Assembly: GCA_003140935.1 (NCBI GenBank)
Contig: PLLJ01000042.1
Span: forward strand, 10,144 to 74,143
Length of the DNA: 64,000 nucleotides
Origin: Candidatus Omnitrophota bacterium
GTDB lineage: Bacteria > Omnitrophota > Omnitrophia > Omnitrophales > Aquincolibacteriaceae
Reading direction: 5' to 3'
The stretch's first letter is position 1; each line of letters begins with the position of its first letter. The notes beneath the pieces were generated by a model, which was not told the origin of the DNA, made no database searches, and saw nothing but the letters and a program-made list of their open reading frames with translations. Below, piece after piece: positions 44,293 to 53,243 of this stretch. A program made the position numbers and the translations under genes.

Positions 44293-46006
44293 AACGAGGT
44301 TCAAAGGGTTGCCGCTCAGTCCCGGGGTCGCGGTGGCGCGGGTGTGTCTTTTTAATGAAAAGCGCCATACGAGTCTTTCCGTCACGAATGTTACGGACAA
44401 AGAGGTTCGGAGTGAAGGCGAACGTTTCAGAAAAGCCTTGTCTTTCGTCCGGGAAAAGCTGACCCAGCTTATCAGGGAGGTAAAAGAACGCGTCGGGAAG
44501 GCTGAGGCCGAGATCTTTACGGCACAAAAAATGATCCTCGAAGATCCTGCGCTGATCCAAAGGGTGGCCGACCATATCCGCAGCAAGAACTTTAACGCCG
44601 AAAAGGCCGTGATCAGCTCGCTCGACTTTTTTGAGGAACAGCTGGCCGAGAAGGATAATGCTTATGTCCGGGAACGCGCGGCGGACATCAGTGAAGTGAA
44701 ACGCCGGCTGCTCGATGCGCTTGCCAATCTGAATCCTTCATTCCAATGTGAAAGTGATTCTTTCTGTCAAAAGGGGAAGAATCGGATCGTGATCGCCCAG
44801 GAGCTTACTCCGAGCTTGACCATGGAACTCAATACCGATTCTATCCGAGGATTTGTGACCGACCGCGGGGGCGTGGCTTCGCATGCTGCGATCCTGGCAC
44901 GTGCTCTCGGGATTCCGGCCGTAAGCGGTATTCCGGGGATCCACGATATGATCTTCTGCGGGACGGAGGTACTTGTCAACGGGGGTACCGGAGAGGTCGT
45001 GATATGGCCGAATAAAAATACGCTTGCGGAATATCCGGATCTTCAACGGGGGATCGCAGAAGAAATTCCCGTCGTGGAACCCGTCACCGGACTTAAGGTG
45101 TTCGCCAACTTGAGTCTCGCGAAAAAAGTGAAGGAGGCCGTGGATCATAAAGCGGAAGGGATCGGACTTTACCGGACGGAGTTTGAATTTTTTGCGGCAG
45201 GGAAGGTTCTCTGTGAAATGGAACAATACGATCTTTATCGCGAGGTCCTGAAAGCCATGAAAGACAAACCGGTCTATTTCAGAATGCTCGACCTGGGCGG
45301 TGACAAGACCGCGGATTTTTTTAAATTTCCAAAGGAACAAAATCCCGCGCTGGGCCTCCGCGGAAGTCGTCTCCTCTTGGGACATCCCGAACTTTTCAGG
45401 AATCAGGCACGGGCCTTGGCCCGTGCATCCCGGTACGGCCGCGTTCATGTGATGTATCCCATGGTGATCGATATTGAGCAATTCCGGAGACTGAAAAAGG
45501 CCTTCGGGGAAGCGAGCGCGGATATCCCGCAGGGCGAGATCAAGCATGGACTCATGTTTGAAGTCCCGTCGGCATGTCTCGATGCGGAAGAGATCCTGAA
45601 AGAGGCGGATTTTGGCAGTGTTGGCACGAACGATCTGATCCAGTATCTGTTCGCCGTGGATCGTGATAATGAATTCGTCGCATACGACCATCATCCGGAC
45701 CGCAAGATCTTCTGGCACCTTATTCACCATGTCGCGCATGCTGCCAAAAAACACCGCAAGCCGCTTTCGGTCTGCGGAGAATTGGCGGCCAATCCTGTGT
45801 ATGCGAGAAAATTGATCGCAGAGGGGATCCGCGCGGTCAGTGTGGCACCGCGGGCCATTACGGGCTTGAGGATCGCGATCAAGAACAAACCGAAGCTCGC
45901 CAAGAAAAGGGCTTTGAAGCTGTTCAACGGGAAAAAGAAGCGAACCGTGAACGCGGATCCTTCATTGAAAAATAGAAATAAAAAAACAACAAAAAGGAGA
46001 AAATAA
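44267..46006 (+). CDS. ptsI: PEP-utilising Enzyme I homologue (phosphoenolpyruvate-protein phosphotransferase-like) with a Lys-rich C-terminal tail
   Basis: The phospho-His region (GGVASHAAILARALGIPAVSG) and the PEP-binding TIM-barrel motifs GLYRTEFEFF and GTNDLIQY. No HPr or EII genes nearby. The tail is ...KKRALKLFNGKKKRTVNADPSLKNRNKKTTKRRK. Confidence 0.75.
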   Translation: MAILQAATETRFKGLPLSPGVAVARVCLFNEKRHTSLSVTNVTDKEVRSEGERFRKALSFVREKLTQLIREVKERVGKAEAEIFTAQKMILEDPALIQRVADHIRSKNFNAEKAVISSLDFFEEQLAEKDNAYVRERAADISEVKRRLLDALANLNPSFQCESDSFCQKGKNRIVIAQELTPSLTMELNTDSIRGFVTDRGGVASHAAILARALGIPAVSGIPGIHDMIFCGTEVLVNGGTGEVVIWPNKNTLAEYPDLQRGIAEEIPVVEPVTGLKVFANLSLAKKVKEAVDHKAEGIGLYRTEFEFFAAGKVLCEMEQYDLYREVLKAMKDKPVYFRMLDLGGDKTADFFKFPKEQNPALGLRGSRLLLGHPELFRNQARALARASRYGRVHVMYPMVIDIEQFRRLKKAFGEASADIPQGEIKHGLMFEVPSACLDAEEILKEADFGSVGTNDLIQYLFAVDRDNEFVAYDHHPDRKIFWHLIHHVAHAAKKHRKPLSVCGELAANPVYARKLIAEGIRAVSVAPRAITGLRIAIKNKPKLAKKRALKLFNGKKKRTVNADPSLKNRNKKTTKRRK

Positions 46007-46007
46007 A

Positions 46008-47684
46008 ATGGGCATGTTTTGCTATCAGTGCGAACAGACAGCCAAAGGAAAAGGCTGCGATGTGAAGGGTGTATGCGGTAAAACGCCGGAGGTGGCGGCG
46101 CTTCAGGATCTCTTGGTCCATGTGGCAAAAGGGATCGCGATCTATGGGCAAAGGATCCGCGAGATGGGTCTGAAGGATAACGAAGCGGATCTCTTTTTGA
46201 TCGAGGCGCTTTTTACCACGGTCACGAATGTGGATTTTGATCCTGAAAGGATCCAGGAGGCGTTGCTCCGGGGTTTTAAGATTAAAGAGAAGATCAGAAA
46301 TCTTTTCCATAATATCTATAAGAAAAAAAATCGCCGCGATTTTGACGGTGAACTTCCGGCGGCGGCCTACTGGATGCCCGCGGCCAATTTGGCGGGTCTT
46401 GTGGAACAAGGGAGCAAAGTCGGCATTCTCTCCGATAAAACTCTCAATGAGGACATCCGGAGCCTTCGCGAACTTCTGCTCTACGGGCTCAAGGGAATGG
46501 CGGCTTATGCGGATCATGCGCATGTGCTGGGCAGGCAGGATGAGGAGGTGACCGCGTTCTTCTACAAAGGTTTGTGCGCGCTCACGGACCATCGTCTGAC
46601 TGTGAACGATCTTGTGGACCTGAACATGAAGTTCGGGATGGTCAATCTCAAATGCCTGGAACTTTTGGATAAGGCGCACACGGATCATTTTGGGCATCCG
46701 GTGCCGACGCGCGTGTCGCTCGGAGTGAAAAAAGGTCCCGCGATCCTCGTGTCCGGCCATGATCTTCTGGACCTGGAACAACTTCTTCAGCAGACGGAAG
46801 GTCAAGGGATCAATATTTACACGCATGGCGAGATGTTGCCGGCGCACGGGTATCCGGGGCTTAAAAAATACGAGCACCTTGTCGCGAATTACGGCGGCGC
46901 GTGGCAGGATCAAGCCAAGGAATTCGACGTTTTTCCGGGAGCGATCCTGATGACCACCAATTGCATTCAGCAGCCGCGCGAAAGTTACAAGAGCCGGATC
47001 TTCACGACGGGTCTTGTGGCGTGGTCGGGAGTGCAACACATTGGACAGCTCAATGGACGAAAAGATTTTTCCCCCGTCATCGCGAAAGCGATCGAGACCG
47101 GCGGTTTTCTGCAGGATATCCCCGCGAAGAATATCGTGGTGGGGTTTGGCCACAACGCGGTGCTGGGTGTCGCGGACAAGGTCATCGACGCGGTGAAAGC
47201 CGGAAAGATCAAACATTTGTTCCTCGTGGGAGGATGTGATGGCGCGAAGCCCGGAAGGAACTACTACACGGATTTTGCCACGGAGGCGCCTAAGGATACG
47301 GTCATCCTGACACTTGCTTGCGGCAAATACCGGTTCAACAAACTCGAGTTCGGGGATATCGGCGGCATTCCGAGACTTCTCGATATGGGGCAGTGCAATG
47401 ATGCTTACTCCGCGATCCGGGTAGCCGTCGCTCTTGCGAAGGCTCTCGAGTGCGGCGTGAACGATCTGCCGCTTTCGATGATCCTTTCTTGGTACGAACA
47501 AAAGGCGGTCTGTATCCTCTTGACGCTTTTGGCGCTGAGGATCCAGAACATCCGCATTGGCCCCTCACTTCCCGCTTTTGTGAGTCCCAACGTGTTGAAC
47601 GTGCTTGTCTCAAAGTTCAATATCAAGCCCGTGACCACGGCCAAAGAGGACCTTGCTGCGATCCTCGGGACCGTGAAAGTCTGA
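46008..47684 (+). CDS. hcp: Hydroxylamine reductase / hybrid-cluster protein
   Basis: N-terminal Cys cluster MFCYQCEQTAKGKGCDVKGVCGK. 558 aa with conserved hybrid-cluster ligands. The ATG is 1 nt after the Enzyme I stop. Confidence 0.9.
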   Translation: MGMFCYQCEQTAKGKGCDVKGVCGKTPEVAALQDLLVHVAKGIAIYGQRIREMGLKDNEADLFLIEALFTTVTNVDFDPERIQEALLRGFKIKEKIRNLFHNIYKKKNRRDFDGELPAAAYWMPAANLAGLVEQGSKVGILSDKTLNEDIRSLRELLLYGLKGMAAYADHAHVLGRQDEEVTAFFYKGLCALTDHRLTVNDLVDLNMKFGMVNLKCLELLDKAHTDHFGHPVPTRVSLGVKKGPAILVSGHDLLDLEQLLQQTEGQGINIYTHGEMLPAHGYPGLKKYEHLVANYGGAWQDQAKEFDVFPGAILMTTNCIQQPRESYKSRIFTTGLVAWSGVQHIGQLNGRKDFSPVIAKAIETGGFLQDIPAKNIVVGFGHNAVLGVADKVIDAVKAGKIKHLFLVGGCDGAKPGRNYYTDFATEAPKDTVILTLACGKYRFNKLEFGDIGGIPRLLDMGQCNDAYSAIRVAVALAKALECGVNDLPLSMILSWYEQKAVCILLTLLALRIQNIRIGPSLPAFVSPNVLNVLVSKFNIKPVTTAKEDLAAILGTVKV

Positions 47685-47699
47685 TCCCGTTCGGCACCC

Positions 47700-47731
47700 G
47701 ATAGACGGTCTCAGACCCGGGACCGTCTATC
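47700..47731. repeat. Perfect 11-bp inverted repeat GATAGACGGTC-N10-GACCGTCTATC, 16 nt after the hcp stop
   Basis: Read directly. No T-tract follows. Confidence 0.4.
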
Positions 47732-47862
47732 TCAGGGGGCGGTCAAAGCATCTCGGGAATCCGTTTGATATAAGAGGGATTCCATGGTGTAATATGCCAG
47801 TTCGATAAAATCCCCCCGGAGAAATGTCGCGAGAATTTTTCTCTGTCAAATGAAGGGTGAAA

Positions 47863-48660
47863 ATGGAACAACCGAAATACAAATACATTTACGGGCCCGT
47901 TTCTTCCTGGAGGCTGGGTCGTTCTTTGGGGATTGATCCGATCTCCTCATTCCAGAAGACCTGCACATTCGATTGCGTATATTGCCAGTCGGGGAGGACC
48001 GAAGTCTTCTCGGATCGGCGTGAAGTTTATGTTCCGACCGAAGCCTTGATCCATGAATTGAACTCCTTGCCCGAAGTTTCCGTCGACTATGTCACTTTTG
48101 CCGGGCACGGCGAGCCTACGCTCGCGAAAAATCTTGGAGGAATGATCCGCGCGGTTAAAATGATCCGGAAAGAGAAAGTCGCGGTGATCACGAACTCCTC
48201 GCTGATCGACCGCAAGGATGTCGTGGAGGACCTGCTTCTCGCGGATCTCGTGGAAGCAAAACTTGATGCGTCCTCTTCCGAATCCTTCAAAGTGATCAAT
48301 CGGCCCATGCCGGAGATCCTCTGGGAAGATATGGTGGGAGGATTGAAGACTTTCCGGAAGGTTTTTAAAGGATATTTGGCCTTGCAGGTCATGTTTATGG
48401 CGAGTAATAAGGCTTGTGCTGCCGCTATCGCGCAAATTGCGCACCAGATCACTCCCAACGAGGTCGAGATCAATACACCTCTCCGGGCTTGTGCCGTGAA
48501 GCCGTTGTCGATAGAGGAAATAGAGGAAATAACGGCGATCTTTCGCGGGGTTTGCGGTGCTGAGAGTAAGGTGCGAAACGTGTATGAAGTGAAACGTGAA
48601 AAGATACAGCCGTTCTGCCAGCCATCGACGGAACGGCGACGGGGGAAAGAGAATTCGTAA
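47863..48660 (+). CDS. Radical SAM protein of unknown specificity
   Basis: The CTFDCVYCQSG (CxxxCxxC) motif follows the YGPVSSWRLGRSLGIDP N-terminal motif. The ATG at 47863 is preceded by AAGGG; the track start at 47857 is a GTG. Confidence 0.7.
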   Translation: MEQPKYKYIYGPVSSWRLGRSLGIDPISSFQKTCTFDCVYCQSGRTEVFSDRREVYVPTEALIHELNSLPEVSVDYVTFAGHGEPTLAKNLGGMIRAVKMIRKEKVAVITNSSLIDRKDVVEDLLLADLVEAKLDASSSESFKVINRPMPEILWEDMVGGLKTFRKVFKGYLALQVMFMASNKACAAAIAQIAHQITPNEVEINTPLRACAVKPLSIEEIEEITAIFRGVCGAESKVRNVYEVKREKIQPFCQPSTERRRGKENS

Positions 48661-48661
48661 A

Positions 48662-49630
48662 ATGAAAGACATTTCAAACGACGCACTCGCGCAGGAACTT
48701 CTGGGGCAGATCGCCCGTCTTAAAAAAGAACGGGAGGCCGTGATCCTGGCGCATAATTACCAGCCGCCGGAGATCCAGGACCTTGCCGATTTTACCGGTG
48801 ATTCGCTCGAACTGAGCCGCATGGCGGCCAAAACGCCTGCCAAAGTGATCGTTTTTTGCGGTGTTCAGTTCATGGGAGAGACTGCGGCGATCCTTTCTCC
48901 GGATAAGACCGTGCTCCTGCCCGTTCTGGAGGCCGGCTGCACCCTTGCCGATTATGCGACTGCGGAGAGACTTCGCGAGGCGAAAGAAAAAAATCCGGAC
49001 GCTGTGGTGGTGACCTATGTAAACAGTTCCGCGGAGGTGAAAGCGGAAAGCGACATCTGTTGCACCTCCGCCAACGCCGTCCAGATCGTCCAGGCGATCG
49101 ACCGAAACCGGCCGATCCTCTTTGTCCCGGACTATAATTTGGGGCATTATGCGGCGAAGATGGCGCAACGTGAGATCATCCTGTGGGACGGCTGCTGTCC
49201 AACGCACGCTCTCCTATCGACTTTTGCGATAGCGGAGGCGAGAAAGAAATGGCCGGGGGCGCAGGTGATCATGCATCCGGAGTGCAAACCCGAGACCCTG
49301 GAACTTGCCGATTTTATAGGGAGCACTTCGGGGATGCTCAGCTATGTCAAAACGCAACCGGCAGGGACGTCCTTTATCGTCGGGACTGAGGTGGGGTTGC
49401 TCCACCGCATGCAGAAGGAAAATCCGGGCAAGACATTTCATGTTGCCTCGGATTATCTGATCTGTCCGATGATGAAGATGACGACCTTGAAGGATGTGAA
49501 AGACTCACTTGAAAAGATGCGTTATGCCGTCAAGGTCGAAGCATCCGTTCGTTTGCGCGCGAAGGCCGCGGTGGATGCCATGCTCCAATACACCGGTACG
49601 GTTGTGCACAAATCGCAAAAGATGAAATGA
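48662..49630 (+). CDS. nadA: Quinolinate synthase
   Basis: The NadA N-terminus (ELLGQIARLKKEREAVILAHNYQPPEIQDLADFTGDSLELS) and three-fold repeat with conserved Cys ligands. The start at 48662 is in frame within the longer track ORF. Confidence 0.9.
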   Translation: MKDISNDALAQELLGQIARLKKEREAVILAHNYQPPEIQDLADFTGDSLELSRMAAKTPAKVIVFCGVQFMGETAAILSPDKTVLLPVLEAGCTLADYATAERLREAKEKNPDAVVVTYVNSSAEVKAESDICCTSANAVQIVQAIDRNRPILFVPDYNLGHYAAKMAQREIILWDGCCPTHALLSTFAIAEARKKWPGAQVIMHPECKPETLELADFIGSTSGMLSYVKTQPAGTSFIVGTEVGLLHRMQKENPGKTFHVASDYLICPMMKMTTLKDVKDSLEKMRYAVKVEASVRLRAKAAVDAMLQYTGTVVHKSQKMK

Positions 49631-49641
49631 AAGGAACGAAA

Positions 49642-51408
49642 ATGAAAAAAGCTGTGAATCCCGGGATTGAAGCGATCCAAAAACACGGAAGCCGGGTGGT
49701 GGGCGAGGGCATGCACATGCTGCCGGCTGCGGGACTGATGGTGGCCGCGGGTGTTTTAGGAGAGGTGGCCGACCGGAAGAAAAAATTTGTGACCGTCATT
49801 AATTCCTACACGACTCATATCCCGGGTCATGTTCATTTGAATGTCCTGGGGGAGAAGCTTGTGACCGCGCTTAAGACCAAAGGCTATAACGTCTGGTACG
49901 CGAATATCGGGGCGGCCATTTGCGACGGCATCGCGATGGGCCATTTCGGGATGAAATACTCGCTCCCTTCCCGCGAGCTGATCACGGACCAGATCGAAAG
50001 CATCGTGGGGGCTCATCCCTGCGACGGTTGGATCGGAATCGGCAATTGCGACAAGATCGTTCCGGGGATGTTGAATGCCATGGTGCGCCTGAATATCCCT
50101 TCGGTCTATGTGAGCGGCGGGCCGATGCTTGCGGGCGCAAAGAATACCGATCTCATTACGATCTTTGAGGGTGTGGGGAGCGAAGCGGCCGGCAAGATGT
50201 CTCCGGGCCACCTTGAAGATCTTGCCAATACCGCGTGCCGCACCTGCGGAAGCTGCGCGGGAATGTTCACGGCCAATTCCATGAATTGTCTGGCCGAGGC
50301 GATCGGATTGGCGCAGCCGGGGAACGGCACGATCCCTGCGGCGGTGTGGACCGATGCGAAAAAAACATCTTGGGCGATCAATCCTGAGCGTATCAGGCTG
50401 GTCGAACAGGCGGCGGACACTTTAGAGAACGCGCTTCTCAACAATATCCGTCCGCTCGATATTGTGACCAAGGCGTCGATCGATAATGCTTTTATTCTCG
50501 ACCTGGCCATGGGCGGTTCGAGTAACACGGTCCTTCACACGCTGGCGCTGGCGTGCGAGGCCGGTATTGCTTATTCCATCAAACGGATCAATCAGCTCGC
50601 TAAACTGACGCCCACGGTCTGTAAAGTGTCGCCGTCGCGTCCTGAAATCCATCTCGAAGATGTTCATCGTAAAGGCGGGATCGCGACGATCTTGAAATCA
50701 GTTTCTCAAGATGGCCGGGCGCCGCTCGATCTTGACCTCAAGACATGCGTAGGAAGTTTGCGGAACATGGTGGAAAAAGCACCGGATCCCGATGGCGATG
50801 TGATCCGTTCCGGAGAGAAAGTTTTTTCGAAAGAAGGCGGACTCGCGGTCCTGTATGGAAATATCGCGCCGGAAGGTGCGGTAGTAAAGACGGCCGGCGT
50901 GGATAAAGACATGATGCAATTCACCGGACGCGCGAAGTGCTACGATTCGCAGGAAAGCGCGCTTGAAGCAATCCTGAAGGGCAAGGTCGTGGACGGTGAT
51001 GTCGTGGTGATCCGCTATGAAGGACCCAAGGGCGGGCCGGGAATGCAGGAAATGCTCTCACCGACCTCGGCCCTGAAAGGCCGGGAGATCAAGGCGGCGC
51101 TGATCACGGACGGACGTTTCTCCGGTGGGACGCGCGGACTTTGTATCGGGCATATTTCGCCGGAAGCCGCCGCGGGAGGACCAATCGCGATCATTAAAAA
51201 TGGTGATACGATCAGAATCGATGCCACAAAAAGGACGATGGATGTCGACCTTCCGGCCCAAGAGATCAAAAAGCGGCTCTCCCAACTCAAACCCTTTACA
51301 CCCAAAGTCACGGGGGGATGGTTGGGCCGGTATGCCCGTCACGTCTTGAGTGCTCATACGGGCGCCGTGATGGATAACGTTGTTTTATTTTTGGGCCGGA
51401 GGAAGTAA
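49642..51408 (+). CDS. ilvD: Dihydroxy-acid dehydratase family enzyme (IlvD/Edd)
   Basis: CDGIAMGHFGMKYSLPSRELITDQIES, the Cys cluster PCDGW...GNCDK, and the C-terminal ITDGRFSGGTRGLCIGHISPEAAAGGPIA. RBS AAGGAA; the ATG is 12 nt after the nadA stop. Confidence 0.8.
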   Translation: MKKAVNPGIEAIQKHGSRVVGEGMHMLPAAGLMVAAGVLGEVADRKKKFVTVINSYTTHIPGHVHLNVLGEKLVTALKTKGYNVWYANIGAAICDGIAMGHFGMKYSLPSRELITDQIESIVGAHPCDGWIGIGNCDKIVPGMLNAMVRLNIPSVYVSGGPMLAGAKNTDLITIFEGVGSEAAGKMSPGHLEDLANTACRTCGSCAGMFTANSMNCLAEAIGLAQPGNGTIPAAVWTDAKKTSWAINPERIRLVEQAADTLENALLNNIRPLDIVTKASIDNAFILDLAMGGSSNTVLHTLALACEAGIAYSIKRINQLAKLTPTVCKVSPSRPEIHLEDVHRKGGIATILKSVSQDGRAPLDLDLKTCVGSLRNMVEKAPDPDGDVIRSGEKVFSKEGGLAVLYGNIAPEGAVVKTAGVDKDMMQFTGRAKCYDSQESALEAILKGKVVDGDVVVIRYEGPKGGPGMQEMLSPTSALKGREIKAALITDGRFSGGTRGLCIGHISPEAAAGGPIAIIKNGDTIRIDATKRTMDVDLPAQEIKKRLSQLKPFTPKVTGGWLGRYARHVLSAHTGAVMDNVVLFLGRRK

Positions 51409-51421
51409 GAAGGATTTTCCG

Positions 51422-52609
51422 ATGAAGGCTATTCCGATAGCGAAAAATATCTGGTGGGTCGGAGCGATCGATTGGAATGCTCATCATTTTCACGGGCAGA
51501 CTTTTACCACGAAGCGCGGCACGACCTATAACGCCTATCTGATCCTCGATGAAAAAGTTACGCTGATCGATACGGTCTACGGCCCCTTCACGGAAGAGAT
51601 GCTCCAGAGGATCCGGACCGTGCTTCCGCCCGAAAAGATCGATACCATCATCGTCAATCACATCGAACCCGATCATTCCGGAGCGTTACCCGCCCTCGTC
51701 AAGCTTTGTCCCAAAGCCAGGATCTACGGGAGCGCGCGTGCAGGGCAGGGGCTTGAGCGTTATTACCAGCAGAAGCTCGATTTTCACTCCGTGAAGACCG
51801 GCGACCGGCTGAGTCTCGGGAAAAGGACGCTTCAATTCATCGAGATTCCGATGATCCATTGGCCGGACAGCATGATGAGCTATATGATCGAAGACCAAAT
51901 CCTTTTCTCCAACGACGCGTTCGGTCAGCACTATGCCACGAGCGAGCGCTTTGATGACGAGGTGCCGCAAGAAACCCTCATGGAAGAGGCCGGAAAATAT
52001 TATGCCGGTATTCTTTGGCCGTTCAGCCAATTGATCACCCAACGGCTCGCGGAGATCGAGAAGATGGCCATTCCCATCAAGATGATCGCCACATCCCACG
52101 GACTCAGTTGGCGGAAAGATCCGGGAAAGATCCTTCAAGCCTATCAACGCTGGGCCTCAAATGAAACAAAACCCAAGATCGTCGTGGTTTATGAAACGAT
52201 GTGGGGTTCCACCGCGAAAATGGCGCAAAAGATCGTGGAGGGCATCCATGACGCGGGGGTGAAATTCGAGCTTTATGATATGGCTCAATCGGACCGCACG
52301 GAGGTGATCCACGACATGCTTGATGCCAAGGCCTTCATCGTGGGTTCTTCGAACCATGACAGCGGGATCCTGCCGAACATGACTTCTTTTATGGAATGCC
52401 TCAAGGGACTGCATCCGAAAAAGCGTATCGGTTGTGCATTTGGTTCCTACGGTTGGTCCGGGATCGCGATCCAATCGCTTCAAAATACACTTGCGGCGGC
52501 AGGGGTTGAGGTCGTCCAGCCTTTGCTTTCGGTGGTTTATGCTCCGGATGAAGGGCAGCTTGCCGCCTGCTATGAACTCGGTAAAAAAATGGCGGCACTT
52601 GTCAAATGA
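51422..52609 (+). CDS. fprA: Flavodiiron protein (FprA / flavorubredoxin-like NO/O2 reductase): metallo-beta-lactamase domain plus flavodoxin domain
   Basis: The di-iron motif in NHIEPDHSG and the N-terminus MKAIPIAKNIWWVGAIDWN. A C-terminal flavodoxin fold (IVVVYETMWGSTAKMA). Confidence 0.85.
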   Translation: MKAIPIAKNIWWVGAIDWNAHHFHGQTFTTKRGTTYNAYLILDEKVTLIDTVYGPFTEEMLQRIRTVLPPEKIDTIIVNHIEPDHSGALPALVKLCPKARIYGSARAGQGLERYYQQKLDFHSVKTGDRLSLGKRTLQFIEIPMIHWPDSMMSYMIEDQILFSNDAFGQHYATSERFDDEVPQETLMEEAGKYYAGILWPFSQLITQRLAEIEKMAIPIKMIATSHGLSWRKDPGKILQAYQRWASNETKPKIVVVYETMWGSTAKMAQKIVEGIHDAGVKFELYDMAQSDRTEVIHDMLDAKAFIVGSSNHDSGILPNMTSFMECLKGLHPKKRIGCAFGSYGWSGIAIQSLQNTLAAAGVEVVQPLLSVVYAPDEGQLAACYELGKKMAALVK

Positions 52610-52726
52610 CCGCATCATCTTGCGGGACGCAAGTTGCTGCGGGGATTTTCCGCCACACTGCCTTGGACGGATCCGTCCTTTGGCGGAGATCCGCCGTTTT
52701 GGACAGATAGAAAGGGGGGGAGGACC

Positions 52727-53221
52727 GTGGAAACCTTGGATGCCCTTGCGAAGCGCGCCAGCGTTCGCGATTATATGAACCAGCCAGTTCCGAAGGACAT
52801 GCTGGAAAAGCTCGTGGATGCGGGACGGCGTGCGCCGAGCGCCCGGGCGGTCGAGCCGTGGGAATTCGTGGTGATCATCGGCCGTGCGATGCTCGATAAG
52901 CTCGCCGGGATCATCAGCACGGGGGTGTTCCTCAAACAAGCGACGGCCTGCATTGTGGTTTTTTGCCAGGATACAAAATATTATCTCGAGGACGGCTCCG
53001 CGGCGACCGAGAACATTCTCCTCGCGGCAACGGACCTGGGGCTCGGCACTTGTTGGGTCGCGGGTGATAAAAAAGAGTATTGTGAAGAAGTCTCGAGGCT
53101 TCTCGGAGCGCCGGAACACTTAAAACTCATCAGTCTGATCTCGGTCGGATGGGCCGTACGTGAACCTAAACAACACAAACGCCGCACCCTCTCTGAAGTT
53201 CTGCACTGGGAAAAGATTTAA
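52727..53221 (+). CDS. Nitroreductase-family flavoprotein; GTG start assumed after GGAGG
   Basis: The LDALAKRASVRDY N-terminal motif, the nitroreductase fold, and C-terminal ...LISVGWAV. The upstream part of the track ORF has no homology signal. Confidence 0.65.
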   Translation: METLDALAKRASVRDYMNQPVPKDMLEKLVDAGRRAPSARAVEPWEFVVIIGRAMLDKLAGIISTGVFLKQATACIVVFCQDTKYYLEDGSAATENILLAATDLGLGTCWVAGDKKEYCEEVSRLLGAPEHLKLISLISVGWAVREPKQHKRRTLSEVLHWEKI

Positions 53222-53243
53222 CCGTGATGACCCTGGTTGCCGT

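Noticed and set aside
44267-46006. Interpreting the Enzyme-I homologue as PtsP (EI-Ntr)
   Set aside because: PtsP has an N-terminal GAF domain. This protein begins directly with the EI N-terminal phospho-His domain and is a standard ~580 aa, so it is not PtsP. It remains an orphan EI-like protein.
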